Notes: generated by a model not told the origin, from the sequence alone. DNA of 64,000 bases from Alphaproteobacteria bacterium (GCA_964291265.2 OZ219747.1:4256001-4320000); one strand, 5' to 3'; shown: positions 8,633-19,265, numbered from the stretch's first letter. Translations and numbers: made by a program.

Positions 8633-9597
8633 TTGGGATGGCGCAGCCGCGGGTTGGAGAGAATGGACGCCATGTCCGCGATGAAAATCAGAATGATGTA
8701 GGTGGCGCAGAAGATCATGGCACAGGCCTGGACCAGGGGCAGGTCTCGGGTCCGGACCGCGTCCACCATGAGCTTGGCGAGGCCGGGATAGGAGAAGATC
8801 GTCTCGACGATGACGACACCGCTGACCAGGTAGGCGAGATTGAGCGCAATGACATTGACGATCGGACCGATCGCGTTGAACAGGGCATGACGCAGGATGA
8901 TTCTCTTGCGTCTCACTCCCTTGAGAATCGCCATCTCGATATAGGGTGCGCTCATCACGTTGAGCACGGTGGCCCTGGTCATGCGCATGATCTGCGACGA
9001 GGCGACGATCACCAGCGTCAGCGTCGGCAAGGCCAATGCCCTGACGAGCTTCATGCCGGATTCCTGACCACTGATGTAGGCCGTCGCCGGCAACCACCCG
9101 AAGTGAACGGCAATCACCAGCACCAGGAACGTGGCCACCAGGAATTCCGGCAACGAGATCAATCCCAGGGTGGTGAAGGTGATCGCCTTGTCGATGCGCG
9201 ATCCCGGATACATCGCCGCGACAAGTCCAAGCGTCATGGAGATCGGAATGGCGATGGCGGCAACAATGCCGGAAAGACGCAGGGTATGGATCACCCGAGG
9301 TCCGATCATCTCGGATATGGGTGTCCCGACGGTGCCGGCTCCGGAACCCGCCTTCGAAACGCCGAGATCGCCGGTCGCCATGTCACCCAGCCACAGGAAG
9401 TAACGGATGTGGGCCGGCTGGTCGAGCCCGAGTTTTTCCCTGAGAGCCGCGAGGGATTCCGGCGTCGCCATCTGCCCGAGAATGATGTTGGCGACATCAC
9501 CGGGAAGCACGCTTGTCCCCAGAAAGATCAGGATCGACACCACGATCAGCGTGACGACGCCAACCGCGGTGCGGCGCAGGACAGCCCTTAGGATCAT
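8629..9597 (-). CDS. peptide ABC transporter permease (DppB-like)
   Basis: LPGD, LGLDQP, VIVETIFSYPGL, RDLPLVQ. Confidence 0.9.
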   Translation of the reverse strand: MILRAVLRRTAVGVVTLIVVSILIFLGTSVLPGDVANIILGQMATPESLAALREKLGLDQPAHIRYFLWLGDMATGDLGVSKAGSGAGTVGTPISEMIGPRVIHTLRLSGIVAAIAIPISMTLGLVAAMYPGSRIDKAITFTTLGLISLPEFLVATFLVLVIAVHFGWLPATAYISGQESGMKLVRALALPTLTLVIVASSQIMRMTRATVLNVMSAPYIEMAILKGVRRKRIILRHALFNAIGPIVNVIALNLAYLVSGVVIVETIFSYPGLAKLMVDAVRTRDLPLVQACAMIFCATYIILIFIADMASILSNPRLRHPK

Positions 9598-9658
9598 GGC
9601 AATAGCGACGACCGCGAGAGGCGACGGGGGCGGGCCTCAGCCTGCCTCCGCCATGCCT

Positions 9659-11239
9659 TCAGGCGGTCATCCAGGCAAATTCGACGAACTCGTACGCCCC
9701 GCACGACCCCAGGGGCACATTCGGAATGCCCTTGATCCTGTCGCTCACGCCGTCGAGGACGTTGACGTGGGAGGGAATGATGATACCCGAATGGTTGTGC
9801 ACGAGTGTCTGCATTTCGCAGAGCATTTCATGCCGTACCGACGGGTCGGTCTCGGCGAGTTGCGCCTTCAGCAGTTCGCCCATCCTGTCGTTGTTCCAGA
9901 AGGTGTCATTCCAGGCGGCACCGGGCGCGAACTGGATGGCCAGCATGGAATTGGCCGTGGGACGCATGTTCCAGGACACAACGTTGAGCGGCTCCTTCAT
10001 CCACACGGCACCCCAGTAGCCGTCGGTCGGCACCTGCTTGATGTCGAGATCAAAGCCGATCTTCTTCAGGTTCGCCTGCATCAGGAGGCAGGATTCGACC
10101 AGGCCGGTGGCGACCGGGGCGACATAGAGTTCGGCACTCGAATAGCCGGACCTCTCGAGGTGCCATTTCGCCTGGTCGGGGTCGTACTCGCGCTGCGGAA
10201 GTTCAGCGCAATGATCCGCACCGTAGGCCACAGAAATCGGATGATCGTTGCCAACGGTGCCGTGGCCCTTGAGGATGCTCCTGACGATTCGCTCGCGGTC
10301 CTGGATGAGTTGCAGACCTCTGACGAAATCGTCGTTGTCCCCCGGAGGCGTGTTCTTCAGGCAGCAGATACCGCCGTAGAGGCCGGACGGGGTGGAGTTG
10401 ACATGGACCCCGTCGGTGTTCTCGATCAGGTCGACGCTCTTGGAATCGAGAGAGACGGCAAAATGGATGTCTCCCGCGATCAGGGCGTTGACCCGCGCCA
10501 CCGGATCGGTGATCGCGGTGACCTCGAGAGCATCGAAGTTGGCCCCGTCGCGCCAGTAGTTCGGGTTGCGAACATGAGTCGAGCGCACCCCGGGCTCGAA
10601 AGACTCAAGAAGGAAGGGACCCGTCCCGATTCCCTGGCGGAAGTCCATGGTGTCCTTCTTGACGATCTTGGCCTGCTTTTCGGACAGCTTCGCCGGCAGG
10701 TCGGAATCCGGGCTGCTGAGAACCGCCCGAACGGTATGGCTGTCGAGCTTGTCCCAACTGACGACATTGCCAAAGAAGGCCTTGATCACCGAAGGCGAGT
10801 CGTCGCCGAGGTGCCGGTTCAGGCTCCACACCACGTCATCGGCCGTGAAGGGCGAGCCGTCATGGAACTCGACACCCTTGCGGACCTTGAACATGAACTC
10901 GGTGGCATCGCCGTTCGCCGACCATTCCTCCGCCAGTTCCGGATGGATGACCATGTCGTCGAGCATCTGGGTCAGGTTGTTGTAGGTTGCCCGGCCGCGG
11001 GTGTAGTCGATTCCCGAGGTGAAGACGATGGGATCCATCTGGTCGTCCGGGCCATGGAGGTTGCTGCCATAGATCGCGGTACCACCCTTCACAGGCGTTT
11101 CCGCCAGTGCTTCGGCACCCGTCAGATAGGTCCTGGCGGCCGCGGCCGAGAGCCCGAGAGCTCCCATGGCGGTCAGAAATTCACGGCGGCTCATGCCGCC
11201 ATCGCGATACTCCTGTTGTAACGTCGTGACGTCATTCAT
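9659..11239 (-). CDS. ABC transporter substrate-binding protein (family 5), Tat-exported
   Basis: SRREFL Tat motif, RKGVEFHDG..TADDVVWS, GTGPF; GAGGAGG RBS. Confidence 0.9.
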   Translation of the reverse strand: MNDVTTLQQEYRDGGMSRREFLTAMGALGLSAAAARTYLTGAEALAETPVKGGTAIYGSNLHGPDDQMDPIVFTSGIDYTRGRATYNNLTQMLDDMVIHPELAEEWSANGDATEFMFKVRKGVEFHDGSPFTADDVVWSLNRHLGDDSPSVIKAFFGNVVSWDKLDSHTVRAVLSSPDSDLPAKLSEKQAKIVKKDTMDFRQGIGTGPFLLESFEPGVRSTHVRNPNYWRDGANFDALEVTAITDPVARVNALIAGDIHFAVSLDSKSVDLIENTDGVHVNSTPSGLYGGICCLKNTPPGDNDDFVRGLQLIQDRERIVRSILKGHGTVGNDHPISVAYGADHCAELPQREYDPDQAKWHLERSGYSSAELYVAPVATGLVESCLLMQANLKKIGFDLDIKQVPTDGYWGAVWMKEPLNVVSWNMRPTANSMLAIQFAPGAAWNDTFWNNDRMGELLKAQLAETDPSVRHEMLCEMQTLVHNHSGIIIPSHVNVLDGVSDRIKGIPNVPLGSCGAYEFVEFAWMTA

Positions 11240-11368
11240 GTGCGTGTTCCTCCTCAAGTGACATGTCACATTGCAGTACCCTCAGGTCGTCCAGTATAGC
11301 GAAACGACCATCGCCGTCCAATGTGGCTCCATTCACCGGCGCCGTTTCAAGTGGTCACGATCGGTGCT

Positions 11369-11914
11369 ATGGCGGATTCCTCATCCTGCCCGAGTGCCCG
11401 GTCCTCTCCCTTGGTTGAGATCATCGAAGAACGGTCCTGCGACAGGCGCGCTGTCGAGACGATCGCCCGCTTGTCGCTGGGCGAGAGGCTTGTCGACAGT
11501 CCGGCGGCGCGGCTTCGCCAGGGCTCCCGCAACATCACGGAACTGAGCCTTGTGGCTCTGGAAGGAGAGCATGTGGTCGCCACCATCCGGTGCTGGCCGG
11601 TGCTGATCGGCGCCGGAACCCGGGCGATTCAGATGGGTCCGGTCGCCGTCGACCCTGACCACAGGGGCCGCGGCATCAGCCGCATGCTGATCAACACGAC
11701 CCTGGAACGCGCATGTGCCCTCGGGCACCGCATCGTGGTTCTCATTGGCGACGGCGACCTCTACAACCGCTACGGATTCGAGCCCGCGCTGCCACGGGAC
11801 ATCACGCTGGCCGAGACCCGTGACCGGGAACGGCTGCAGGTTCTAGCCCTGGTGCCGGACGCCCTTGCCGGTCTCTCGGGCGTGGTGCGTCCCGATACCA
11901 TTCACGCAGCCTGA
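11369..11914 (+). CDS. GNAT family N-acetyltransferase (YhbS-like)
   Basis: GPVAVDPDHRGRGIS, LIGD..YNRYGF; start uncertain. Confidence 0.8.
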   Translation: MADSSSCPSARSSPLVEIIEERSCDRRAVETIARLSLGERLVDSPAARLRQGSRNITELSLVALEGEHVVATIRCWPVLIGAGTRAIQMGPVAVDPDHRGRGISRMLINTTLERACALGHRIVVLIGDGDLYNRYGFEPALPRDITLAETRDRERLQVLALVPDALAGLSGVVRPDTIHAA

Positions 11915-12184
11915 CAGCGGGCCGGCTGCCCGTCGGGCAGTGCCATCATGCCCCTCAGCCGAGTCGGAAGCAGAGGCCGGGTGGCCCATGGGATGGTGAT
12001 GAACGTCCATCCGAAGACGACCCGTTCGTGGCACGTGATCGGAGCAAGCCAGACGTCAGCGACGCCCGGGATGCCGCCCATCATCATGAAACCGGAGCCA
12101 TGACACTGCCTGCCTGTGGCGGGTCGGGGCATGCCGCTTCTGCCAACTTGTGCGGCCTGATCGCCGCCGGGCGTCCGTGGTCCC

Positions 12185-12841
12185 TCAGGTGCCGGAAAGT
12201 TCCCGGCGCATGGCCGCCACACGCTCGGCAAGCGACGTGAAACGTTCACGCCGGTGACGTTCGGCGGCGAGGATGGACTTCAGCGCGGCAAGGCTGTCTT
12301 CGACATCGTGGTTGACGATGACATAGTCGAAGGCCTCCCATCTGGCGAGTTCGCCCACGGCGTCGCGCATGCGGCGCTCCATGTCCTGCGGGGTGCCGCC
12401 GCCCCGCAAGGCGAGCCGGCGCCTGAGTTCCGTTGCCGAAGGCGGCAGCACGAAAACCAGGACGACATCGTCCCCGAGCGACCGGCGAAGCTGCGCCGCA
12501 CCCTGACAGTCGATGTCCGACACCACGTCGCGGCCCTGGCCCAGCGCTGTCTCGACCGGTGTCCTTGGAGTTCCGTACAGATTGCCGAAGACCGTCGCAT
12601 GTTCGAGGAGTTCATCCCGGTCGATCATCTCCCGGAAGCGCCCGTGATCGACAAAGTGAAGGTCACGGCCGGCCTCTTCTCCAGGCCGGGGAGCCCGTGT
12701 GGTGACCGAGACCGAGAACGCAATGGCGCCGTCCTCGTCAACCAGCCGGCGCACCAGCGTCGACTTGCCGGTCGCCGACGGTGCCGAGAGCACCAGCATG
12801 AAGCCCCGGCGGGCGCGCTCCGGCACCGGACTACTCCCCAC
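12185..12841 (-). CDS. gmk: guanylate kinase
   Basis: LSAPSATGKST, SVSVTTRAPRPGE, FGNLYGT, FVLPPS. Confidence 0.93.
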   Translation of the reverse strand: MGSSPVPERARRGFMLVLSAPSATGKSTLVRRLVDEDGAIAFSVSVTTRAPRPGEEAGRDLHFVDHGRFREMIDRDELLEHATVFGNLYGTPRTPVETALGQGRDVVSDIDCQGAAQLRRSLGDDVVLVFVLPPSATELRRRLALRGGGTPQDMERRMRDAVGELARWEAFDYVIVNHDVEDSLAALKSILAAERHRRERFTSLAERVAAMRRELSGT

Positions 12842-12908
12842 TCCATGTCAGCCTGCGCAGGCGCCCCGCTGAAGCCTTCAGGTGCGGAATTCCGGGCAGC
12901 ATGGCAGC

Positions 12909-13757
12909 CTACTCCACGTTCTGGACCTGCTCGCGCAGGCGATCGATGGCCACCTTGAGGTTGATCGCGGCACTGGCCAGGGACACGGACTGGAACTTGG
13001 ACGAAAGCGTGTTGGCCTCGCGCAACAGCTCCTGGCAGTAGAACCCCAGCTGGCGTCCGGGACTCGCCTGACCGAGAAGGCCGCGCATCGCCGCGGCATG
13101 GACTGCCAGGCGGTCGATCTCCTCGCGGACATCGCAACGCGACGCGAGAAGGACAACTTCCTGGGCAAGTCGCGTTTCGTCGATCGCGGGACCATCGACA
13201 AGTTCGCGGACCCGCTCGTCGAGGACACGGCGGATGCGTTCGGGCTCGCCGCAGGCCTCGCCGCGTGCCAGTGCAATGAGGTCATCGACATCGTCCAGCA
13301 GGCCACCGATCACTCCGGCAAGGCTGGCGCCTTCCCCGAGGCGGGATTCGGCCAGGCGATCGAGCACCGCCTCGAGACCCGAGGTGAGTTCACCGGCCAC
13401 GGCGGCGGTACCTGTGCCTCCATCGACGCAGACAACGCCCCGAACCGCCAGGAGTCCGGCGAGCGCTGCCGGAGACGGTGGACCTGCCCGCTTCTCCACG
13501 ACGTCAACGAGGTCCTGGAGAAAGGCGTGATTCACCGCCACGCCCACCGCTTCGTCGGACTCCAGAACCAGGGAAAGGGAAATGCTGCCCCGCGTCATCA
13601 GTCGTCCGGTCCGTTCCCGGGCCACGGGCTCCAGCCACTCCAGACCTTCCGGAACCCGGCAGCGGACATCGAGTCCCCTGCCGTTGACACTGCGCGCATT
13701 CCATATCCAGGGGCGACCGACCACACTGGCCACACCCGTCATGCTCTGAAACGCCAC
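12909..13757 (-). CDS. yicC: YicC/YloC family endoribonuclease
   Basis: SMTG start, RSVNGRGLD, QELLREANTLSSK, REQVQNVE end; next to gmk. Confidence 0.9.
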   Translation of the reverse strand: MAFQSMTGVASVVGRPWIWNARSVNGRGLDVRCRVPEGLEWLEPVARERTGRLMTRGSISLSLVLESDEAVGVAVNHAFLQDLVDVVEKRAGPPSPAALAGLLAVRGVVCVDGGTGTAAVAGELTSGLEAVLDRLAESRLGEGASLAGVIGGLLDDVDDLIALARGEACGEPERIRRVLDERVRELVDGPAIDETRLAQEVVLLASRCDVREEIDRLAVHAAAMRGLLGQASPGRQLGFYCQELLREANTLSSKFQSVSLASAAINLKVAIDRLREQVQNVE

Positions 13758-13833
13758 AATCAGCCTCCGACTGCGCAAGGGTCACGGGTGATATCATGGC
13801 CGCTTCAACTGTGTCACTCTCGCCGCGAAAGCC

Positions 13834-14625
13834 ATGACCCGACCTCCGACCTCCCTCCTCGTCACCGGTGCCTCGAGCGGCATCGGAGCCGCCCTCGCCC
13901 GCGTCTATGCCGGCCCGGACACCACGCTCTTTCTCGGAGGGCGCGACGGGCCTCGCCTGACGGCGGTCGCGGACGACTGTCGCAGGACCGGCGCCTGCTG
14001 CATCACCGAGTCGGTCGATGTGACCGATCAGGAAGCCATGGCCGACTGGGTGGCACGCTGTCACGGCATCCGTGCCCTCGACCTCGTGATCGCCAACGCC
14101 GGCGTCTCTGCCGGTTCCGGCCATACCGGCGAAACCGCAGACCAGGTGCGCCACCTCTTCCGTGTCAACGTGGACGGCGCCTTCAACACGGTCCTGCCGG
14201 CGATGCAGGCCATGGTGAAACGGGGCGAGGGACAGATCGCGGTGATGTCGTCCCTCGCGAGTTTCAGGGGATTTCCGGGCGCGCCGGCCTACTGCGCCAG
14301 CAAGGCAGCACTGCGACTGTGGGGCGAAGGTCAGCGGGTCTGGCTGCGCCGCCGCGGCGTGCGCCTCTCGGTCATCTGCCCCGGATTCGTGGACACCCCG
14401 ATGAGCCGGGACAATCCCTACACCATGCCCTTCCTCATGGACGCAGGGAGCGCCGCGCGCCTCATCAGGAAGGGGCTCGAGCGTGACCGAGGACGCATTG
14501 CCTTTCCTTGGCAGACGTCCTGGCTCGTCCAGTTCCTTGCGAACCTGCCGCCGGCACTCACGGACCGGCTGCTCGCTCGCATGCCGTCCAAGCCTGCGGT
14601 CCCGGCAGACCACCTGCCGGGATGA
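13834..14625 (+). CDS. SDR family oxidoreductase
   Basis: TGASSGIG, ANAG, YCASK, PGFVDTPM. Confidence 0.9.
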   Translation: MTRPPTSLLVTGASSGIGAALARVYAGPDTTLFLGGRDGPRLTAVADDCRRTGACCITESVDVTDQEAMADWVARCHGIRALDLVIANAGVSAGSGHTGETADQVRHLFRVNVDGAFNTVLPAMQAMVKRGEGQIAVMSSLASFRGFPGAPAYCASKAALRLWGEGQRVWLRRRGVRLSVICPGFVDTPMSRDNPYTMPFLMDAGSAARLIRKGLERDRGRIAFPWQTSWLVQFLANLPPALTDRLLARMPSKPAVPADHLPG

Positions 14626-14642
14626 CGGGCCGGAGGCGCCGG

Positions 14643-15620
14643 TCAGTGGCCGGCTCGATGGCGGCGCCATCGAGCCACGTTGCGGTTGTGTTCCTCGAGA
14701 GTGGCGGCAAAGGCATGGCCACCTGAACCATCGGCAACGAAGTAGAGGTCCGTCGTGTCGAGGGGATCGAGGACCGCAGCGATGGCCTCGCGTCCCGGGT
14801 TGGCTATGGGTCCGGGAGGCAGTCCCTTGTGGCGGTAGGTGTTGTAGGGATCATCGAACTGCCAGTCCGAACGCAGCAGGTCCCGGCCCAGTGGTCTGAC
14901 ACCCCTGGTCAGGGCATAGATGACCGTCGGATCCGACTGCAGGCGCATGCCGCGCTCGAGACGGTTGACGAGGACACCGGCAACGTGCCGGCGTTCGTCC
15001 GCCCTGCCCGTCTCCTTCTCGACGATCGAGGCGAGGATCACCGCTTCCTCCGGCGAGTTGAACGGCAACTCCCCTGCCCGTTCCGCCCACAGTTCGGCGA
15101 CTGTGGCCTCCATGGCCCGAATCATGCGGTCGACAATCTCCTGACGCGTTGCGCCGCGCTCGAAGTGATAGGTTTCCGGCAACAGGGAGCCCTCTCCGGG
15201 CATGGCGGCGACCGTTCCCTCGAGGGCGCGGTGGGCAGCGATGATGGCAAGCGCCGCGGTACTGCTCAGTCCCTCGGGAAGGGTGAGGGTGTGGACCACG
15301 GTGTCGCCACGGACCAGCTTCGCCATGACGCTGCCGAGAGCCTCACCGGACTCGAAGGAATACTCTCCGGCCTTCAGAAGGCGATGATCGCCGCGCACAA
15401 GTGCATGCAGCCGGAAGAGCGCGGCGCTGGCGATGATGTTGTCGGCGTGAAGTTTCTCCGCGATCCCGGCCGCACTGGTTCCCTCACCGATGATCAGGGT
15501 AACCGGAGCCTCGAGGGGGCCGCGCCTCTCGAGTGCCGCCTGAAACCACAGGAATGCGGTGGCCAGGACCATGACGACGGCGCCGAGGAGACTGGCGACA
15601 CTCCCCGCTTTCCGACCCAC
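14643..15620 (-). CDS. mltG: endolytic transglycosylase MltG
   Basis: LKAGEY, EGSLLPETY, LASIVEKE, LQSDPTV, YNTY..GLPPGPIANPG. Confidence 0.93.
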   Translation of the reverse strand: MGRKAGSVASLLGAVVMVLATAFLWFQAALERRGPLEAPVTLIIGEGTSAAGIAEKLHADNIIASAALFRLHALVRGDHRLLKAGEYSFESGEALGSVMAKLVRGDTVVHTLTLPEGLSSTAALAIIAAHRALEGTVAAMPGEGSLLPETYHFERGATRQEIVDRMIRAMEATVAELWAERAGELPFNSPEEAVILASIVEKETGRADERRHVAGVLVNRLERGMRLQSDPTVIYALTRGVRPLGRDLLRSDWQFDDPYNTYRHKGLPPGPIANPGREAIAAVLDPLDTTDLYFVADGSGGHAFAATLEEHNRNVARWRRHRAGH

Positions 15621-15630
15621 TCGCAGAGTC

Positions 15631-16914
15631 TCAGTGGCACTTGCCGATGATCAGCGTGGCGTTGGTGCCGCCAAAACCGAACGAGTTCGACAACGCCCGG
15701 CGAACCGGACGCTCCCTCGCTTCGTGGGGAACGAGATCGAGTCCCCGGCAGACATCCTCGGGATTGTCGAGGTTGAGAGTCGGCGGAACAAGGTTGTTCT
15801 GGACCGCGAGGATGGTGTAGATCGCCTCGACGCTGCCGGCGGCACCGAGCAGGTGTCCGATCGACGACTTCGTCGAGGACATGCTGATGTTCGAGACGGC
15901 ATCGCCAAACAGGCGCCTGACGGCGCCGATCTCGATTTCATCCCCCATAGGTGTCGAGGTTCCGTGGGCATTGATGTAGTCGATGTCCTCGGGTGTCAGC
16001 CCGGCATCCTCGATGGCGGCCTTCATCGACCGGAATCCGCCGTCTCCGTCTGGCGGCGGCGCCGTGATGTGATGGGCATCGCCTGACAGGCCGTAACCCA
16101 GGATCTCCGCATGGATCCGGGCTCCGCGCTGCCGCGCGTGGGCGTACTCCTCAAGAACGACGACGCCGGCCCCCTCGCCCATGACGAAGCCGTCCCTGCA
16201 CTTGTCCCAGGGTCGGGAAGCCCGTTCCGGTTCGTCGTTGAAATTCGTGGAGAGCGCACGCGACGCCGAAAACCCGGCGATCCCCAGCGGGCACACCGCA
16301 GCCTCGGCGCCTCCGGCCACCATGACATCCGCGTTGCCGCACGCGATCAGACGGGCGGCATCGCCGATGGCATGGGCGCCGGTGGAACAGGCCGTCACCA
16401 CAGAATGATTGGGTCCACGATAGCCGAAACGGATGGAAACATGGCCCGAAGCAAGGTTGATGAGGGCCGAAGGGATGAAGAAGGGGCTGATCCGGCGCGG
16501 TCCCTTGTCCCGCAGCAGCAGGGAACCATCCTGGATGGTCTTCAGTCCGCCGATGCCTGAGCCGATCAGGACGCCGGTGCGCCGCTGCTCCTCCACATCA
16601 TCGATGATCCAGTCCGCATCCTCGACCGCCTGCTGCGCCGCGGCGATGGCATAGATGATGAAGTCATCCATGCGCCGCTGCTCCTTTGGCTCCACGTAGC
16701 GTGCTGCATCGAACGCGTCCTCACCACTGCCGCATGGCGGCTGCCCGGCAATCTTCGCCGGCAGATCGTCAACGGGAAAGTTCTCGATCCGGCGAATGCC
16801 CGAGGTACCCGAGACGATCCGGGACCAGTTGTGGACAACACTCGCTCCAAGCGGCGTGACCATGCCCAGCCCGGTCACCACGACCCGGCGGGGCCGACTT
16901 GCGGCTGCCATCAT
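15631..16914 (-). CDS. fabF: beta-ketoacyl-ACP synthase II
   Basis: RRVVVTGLG, TACSTG, NAHGTST, GHLLGAAG, NSFGFGG. Confidence 0.95.
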   Translation of the reverse strand: MMAAASRPRRVVVTGLGMVTPLGASVVHNWSRIVSGTSGIRRIENFPVDDLPAKIAGQPPCGSGEDAFDAARYVEPKEQRRMDDFIIYAIAAAQQAVEDADWIIDDVEEQRRTGVLIGSGIGGLKTIQDGSLLLRDKGPRRISPFFIPSALINLASGHVSIRFGYRGPNHSVVTACSTGAHAIGDAARLIACGNADVMVAGGAEAAVCPLGIAGFSASRALSTNFNDEPERASRPWDKCRDGFVMGEGAGVVVLEEYAHARQRGARIHAEILGYGLSGDAHHITAPPPDGDGGFRSMKAAIEDAGLTPEDIDYINAHGTSTPMGDEIEIGAVRRLFGDAVSNISMSSTKSSIGHLLGAAGSVEAIYTILAVQNNLVPPTLNLDNPEDVCRGLDLVPHEARERPVRRALSNSFGFGGTNATLIIGKCH

Positions 16915-16947
16915 GGCAGGCAAGAGGCCGAGATACCGGTCACCGCC

Positions 16948-17181
16948 TCAGATGTGCTCTTCAATGTAGTTGATCGCATCCTTGACAGTGACGATCTTCT
17001 CGCCGGCATCGTCGGGTATGGCAATGCTGAAGGCATCCTCGAATGCCATCACGAGTTCGACCGTGTCGAGGCTGTCGGCCCCGAGGTCATCGATGAAACT
17101 GGCACCATCGACAACCTTGGATTCATCGACTCCAAGATGCTCTATGACAATTGATCGTACACGTTCAGCTGTATTGCTCAT
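16948..17181 (-). CDS. acpP: acyl carrier protein
   Basis: [17 protein letters not shown]. Confidence 0.95.
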   Translation of the reverse strand: MSNTAERVRSIVIEHLGVDESKVVDGASFIDDLGADSLDTVELVMAFEDAFSIAIPDDAGEKIVTVKDAINYIEEHI

Positions 17182-17337
17182 GGTCGAGCCGCCTCCGGTC
17201 CTGAAATGAGTCTGGGATGTCACGTTCCTTGTGCCGCCTCGACGGATGCTCTCCGGGGAACGTCCGTGTCTACCATAAACCCGGCACAAGGCGATAGGTC
17301 AAGACGGGGCCACCCCGGGGAACGATCAACAGGCAGC

Positions 17338-18066
17338 TCACGGCATCACCATGCCGCCGTTCACGTGTATCGTCTGTCCGGTGACATAGGCGGCGTCGTC
17401 ACCGGCGAGCCAGGCCACGGCCGCCGCCACGTCGTCGGCCGCTCCGAGACGGCCTGCCGGAATCCGGTCGAGAATGGAGTCGCGGAGCGACTCCGGCAGC
17501 TGGTCTGTCATCGCCGTGTCAATGAAGCCGGGCGCCACGCAGTTCACCGTGATACCGCGCTGCGCCACCTCCAGGGCCAGCGACCGCGTCATCCCCGCAA
17601 GGCCGGCCTTGGCAGCCGCGTAGTTGGCCTGCCCCGGGTTGCCGGTGTGACCCACCACCGACGTGATGTTGATGATGCGGCCATGGCGCCTCCTGATCAT
17701 GCCACGCAGAAGCGGCTGAATGATGTGGAAGGCTGACGAAAGGTTGAGGTCGATGACCCGCTGCCACTGATCGTCACCAAGGCGCAGGGCGAGGGAATCG
17801 TCGACGGCTCCGGCGTTGTTGACAATGATGTCAACATCACCTGCAGCCTTGGCGAGGGTTCGCGCCGCCTCGGCGGTCCCCAGTTCGGCAACGACAACCG
17901 CTGCCGCCTTGCCGAGGTCCGCCGCCAGGGAATCGAGGGCCTCGCGGCGGCGTCCCGAGAGCACGACCGCCGCACCCCGGGCGTGCAGCCGCCTGGCGAC
18001 AGCAGCACCGATGCCGCCCGAGGCTCCGGTGACGAGTGCCGTCCGTTCCGTCAGATCGTCATGCAT
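17338..18066 (-). CDS. fabG: 3-oxoacyl-ACP reductase
   Basis: TGASGGIG, GNPGQANYAAAK; in fab cluster. Confidence 0.92.
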   Translation of the reverse strand: MHDDLTERTALVTGASGGIGAAVARRLHARGAAVVLSGRRREALDSLAADLGKAAAVVVAELGTAEAARTLAKAAGDVDIIVNNAGAVDDSLALRLGDDQWQRVIDLNLSSAFHIIQPLLRGMIRRRHGRIINITSVVGHTGNPGQANYAAAKAGLAGMTRSLALEVAQRGITVNCVAPGFIDTAMTDQLPESLRDSILDRIPAGRLGAADDVAAAVAWLAGDDAAYVTGQTIHVNGGMVMP

Positions 18067-18141
18067 GGCGTCATCCCCGATTGTGTTGTCCGTGCCGCAA
18101 GCGTGCGTCGTCGAAGCAGGCTATCCCTCCGGCGCGAATCT

Positions 18142-19083
18142 TCAAAGGGCGGCGAGGAATGCTTCGACGTCGCTCGGGGTCTCCACTGGCGCAGCCCTGA
18201 TGTTCCGATCGATCTTGCGCATCAGTCCGCACAACGTTCTGCCGGTACCGAGCTCGGCTACTGACTCGACTTCATGTTCAGCGAGTCCACTCATGCTCTC
18301 GCGCCAGCGCACCCGAGCCGTGATCTGCTCGACAAGGAGACGACGCATGTCTGTCGGCGATGTCTCCGGCCTTGCGGTCACATTGCTCACCACCGGAACA
18401 GCGGGAGTGGCGAACGTCACCGCCGCCAGGGCCTCTTCCATGCGCCGGGCAGCGGGCTCCATGAGAGGCGAATGAAAGGGTGCGCTCACCTGGAGTGGCA
18501 CAATACGGCCGGCGCCTCGCCGCAATGCCAGGTTCGATGCCTCCTCGACCGCCTCCTTCTTTCCCGAGACCACAACCTGTGATGGCGCATTGTCGTTGCC
18601 GACGACACAGACACCGACACGTGACGCTTCGGCAGCGATGTCGGTGACGTCGTCGATCTCCAGCCCGACCACTGCAGCCATGGCCCCTTCTCCGGCTGGC
18701 ACCGCCTCCTGCATGGCCCTGCCACGCAGATCGAGCAGGCGCGCCGTGTCAGCAAGACCCAGCACCCCGGAAGCCACAAGGGCCGAGTACTCGCCAAGGG
18801 AATGACCCGCCGCCAGTCGACACAGCGCCTGAACCGGTCGGCCGCTCTCGGACACGATGACTCGCAGCACAGCCACGGAAACCGCCATGAGGGCCGGCTG
18901 AGCATTGCCGGTGAGCGTCAGATCGTCGGCATCGCCCTCGCGCATCAGGCGCGAGAGGTGGCGGCCGAGGGCATCGTCAACCTCCTCGAACACTTCACGC
19001 GACACCGCAAAGGCATCGGCGAGCGCCGTTCCCATGCCGGGGTGCTGGCTGCCCTGTCCCGGAAACACGAACATGCGAGTCAT
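18142..19083 (-). CDS. fabD: ACP S-malonyltransferase
   Basis: FPGQGSQ, GHSLGEY, VSAPFHS. Confidence 0.95.
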   Translation of the reverse strand: MTRMFVFPGQGSQHPGMGTALADAFAVSREVFEEVDDALGRHLSRLMREGDADDLTLTGNAQPALMAVSVAVLRVIVSESGRPVQALCRLAAGHSLGEYSALVASGVLGLADTARLLDLRGRAMQEAVPAGEGAMAAVVGLEIDDVTDIAAEASRVGVCVVGNDNAPSQVVVSGKKEAVEEASNLALRRGAGRIVPLQVSAPFHSPLMEPAARRMEEALAAVTFATPAVPVVSNVTARPETSPTDMRRLLVEQITARVRWRESMSGLAEHEVESVAELGTGRTLCGLMRKIDRNIRAAPVETPSDVEAFLAAL

Positions 19084-19210
19084 GACAATTGAAACCTGCC
19101 GTGGTTGTCCGACGGGCACTCAACGAATGCCACCCCGCGGTTGTCAAGGCCCGGGCTCGTGCCGGTCGGCAAAATCGCTTGCATCCCCCGTATTGTCTCT
19201 ATAGTGTGCC

Positions 19211-19265
19211 ACCCTTGCGGCCGGGCGCAATAGAGCCGGACGCAAGCGGGTTGTTGCGTCCGCTC
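19211..19265 (+). promoter_or_regulatory. structured 5' leader of rpsF operon (two alternative hairpins)
   Basis: CGGACGCAA (19237-45) pairs with TTGCGTCCG (19254-62); an alternative stem uses 19211-24. Confidence 0.35.

Noticed and set aside
9625-9650. Hairpin between the binding-protein and permease genes
   Set aside because: On the transcribed minus strand it has A-C mismatches and no U-tract; at most an ordinary stabiliser.
11915-12184. Possible small ORF or RNA between the GNAT gene and gmk
   Set aside because: No recognisable motif, RBS or convincing structure.
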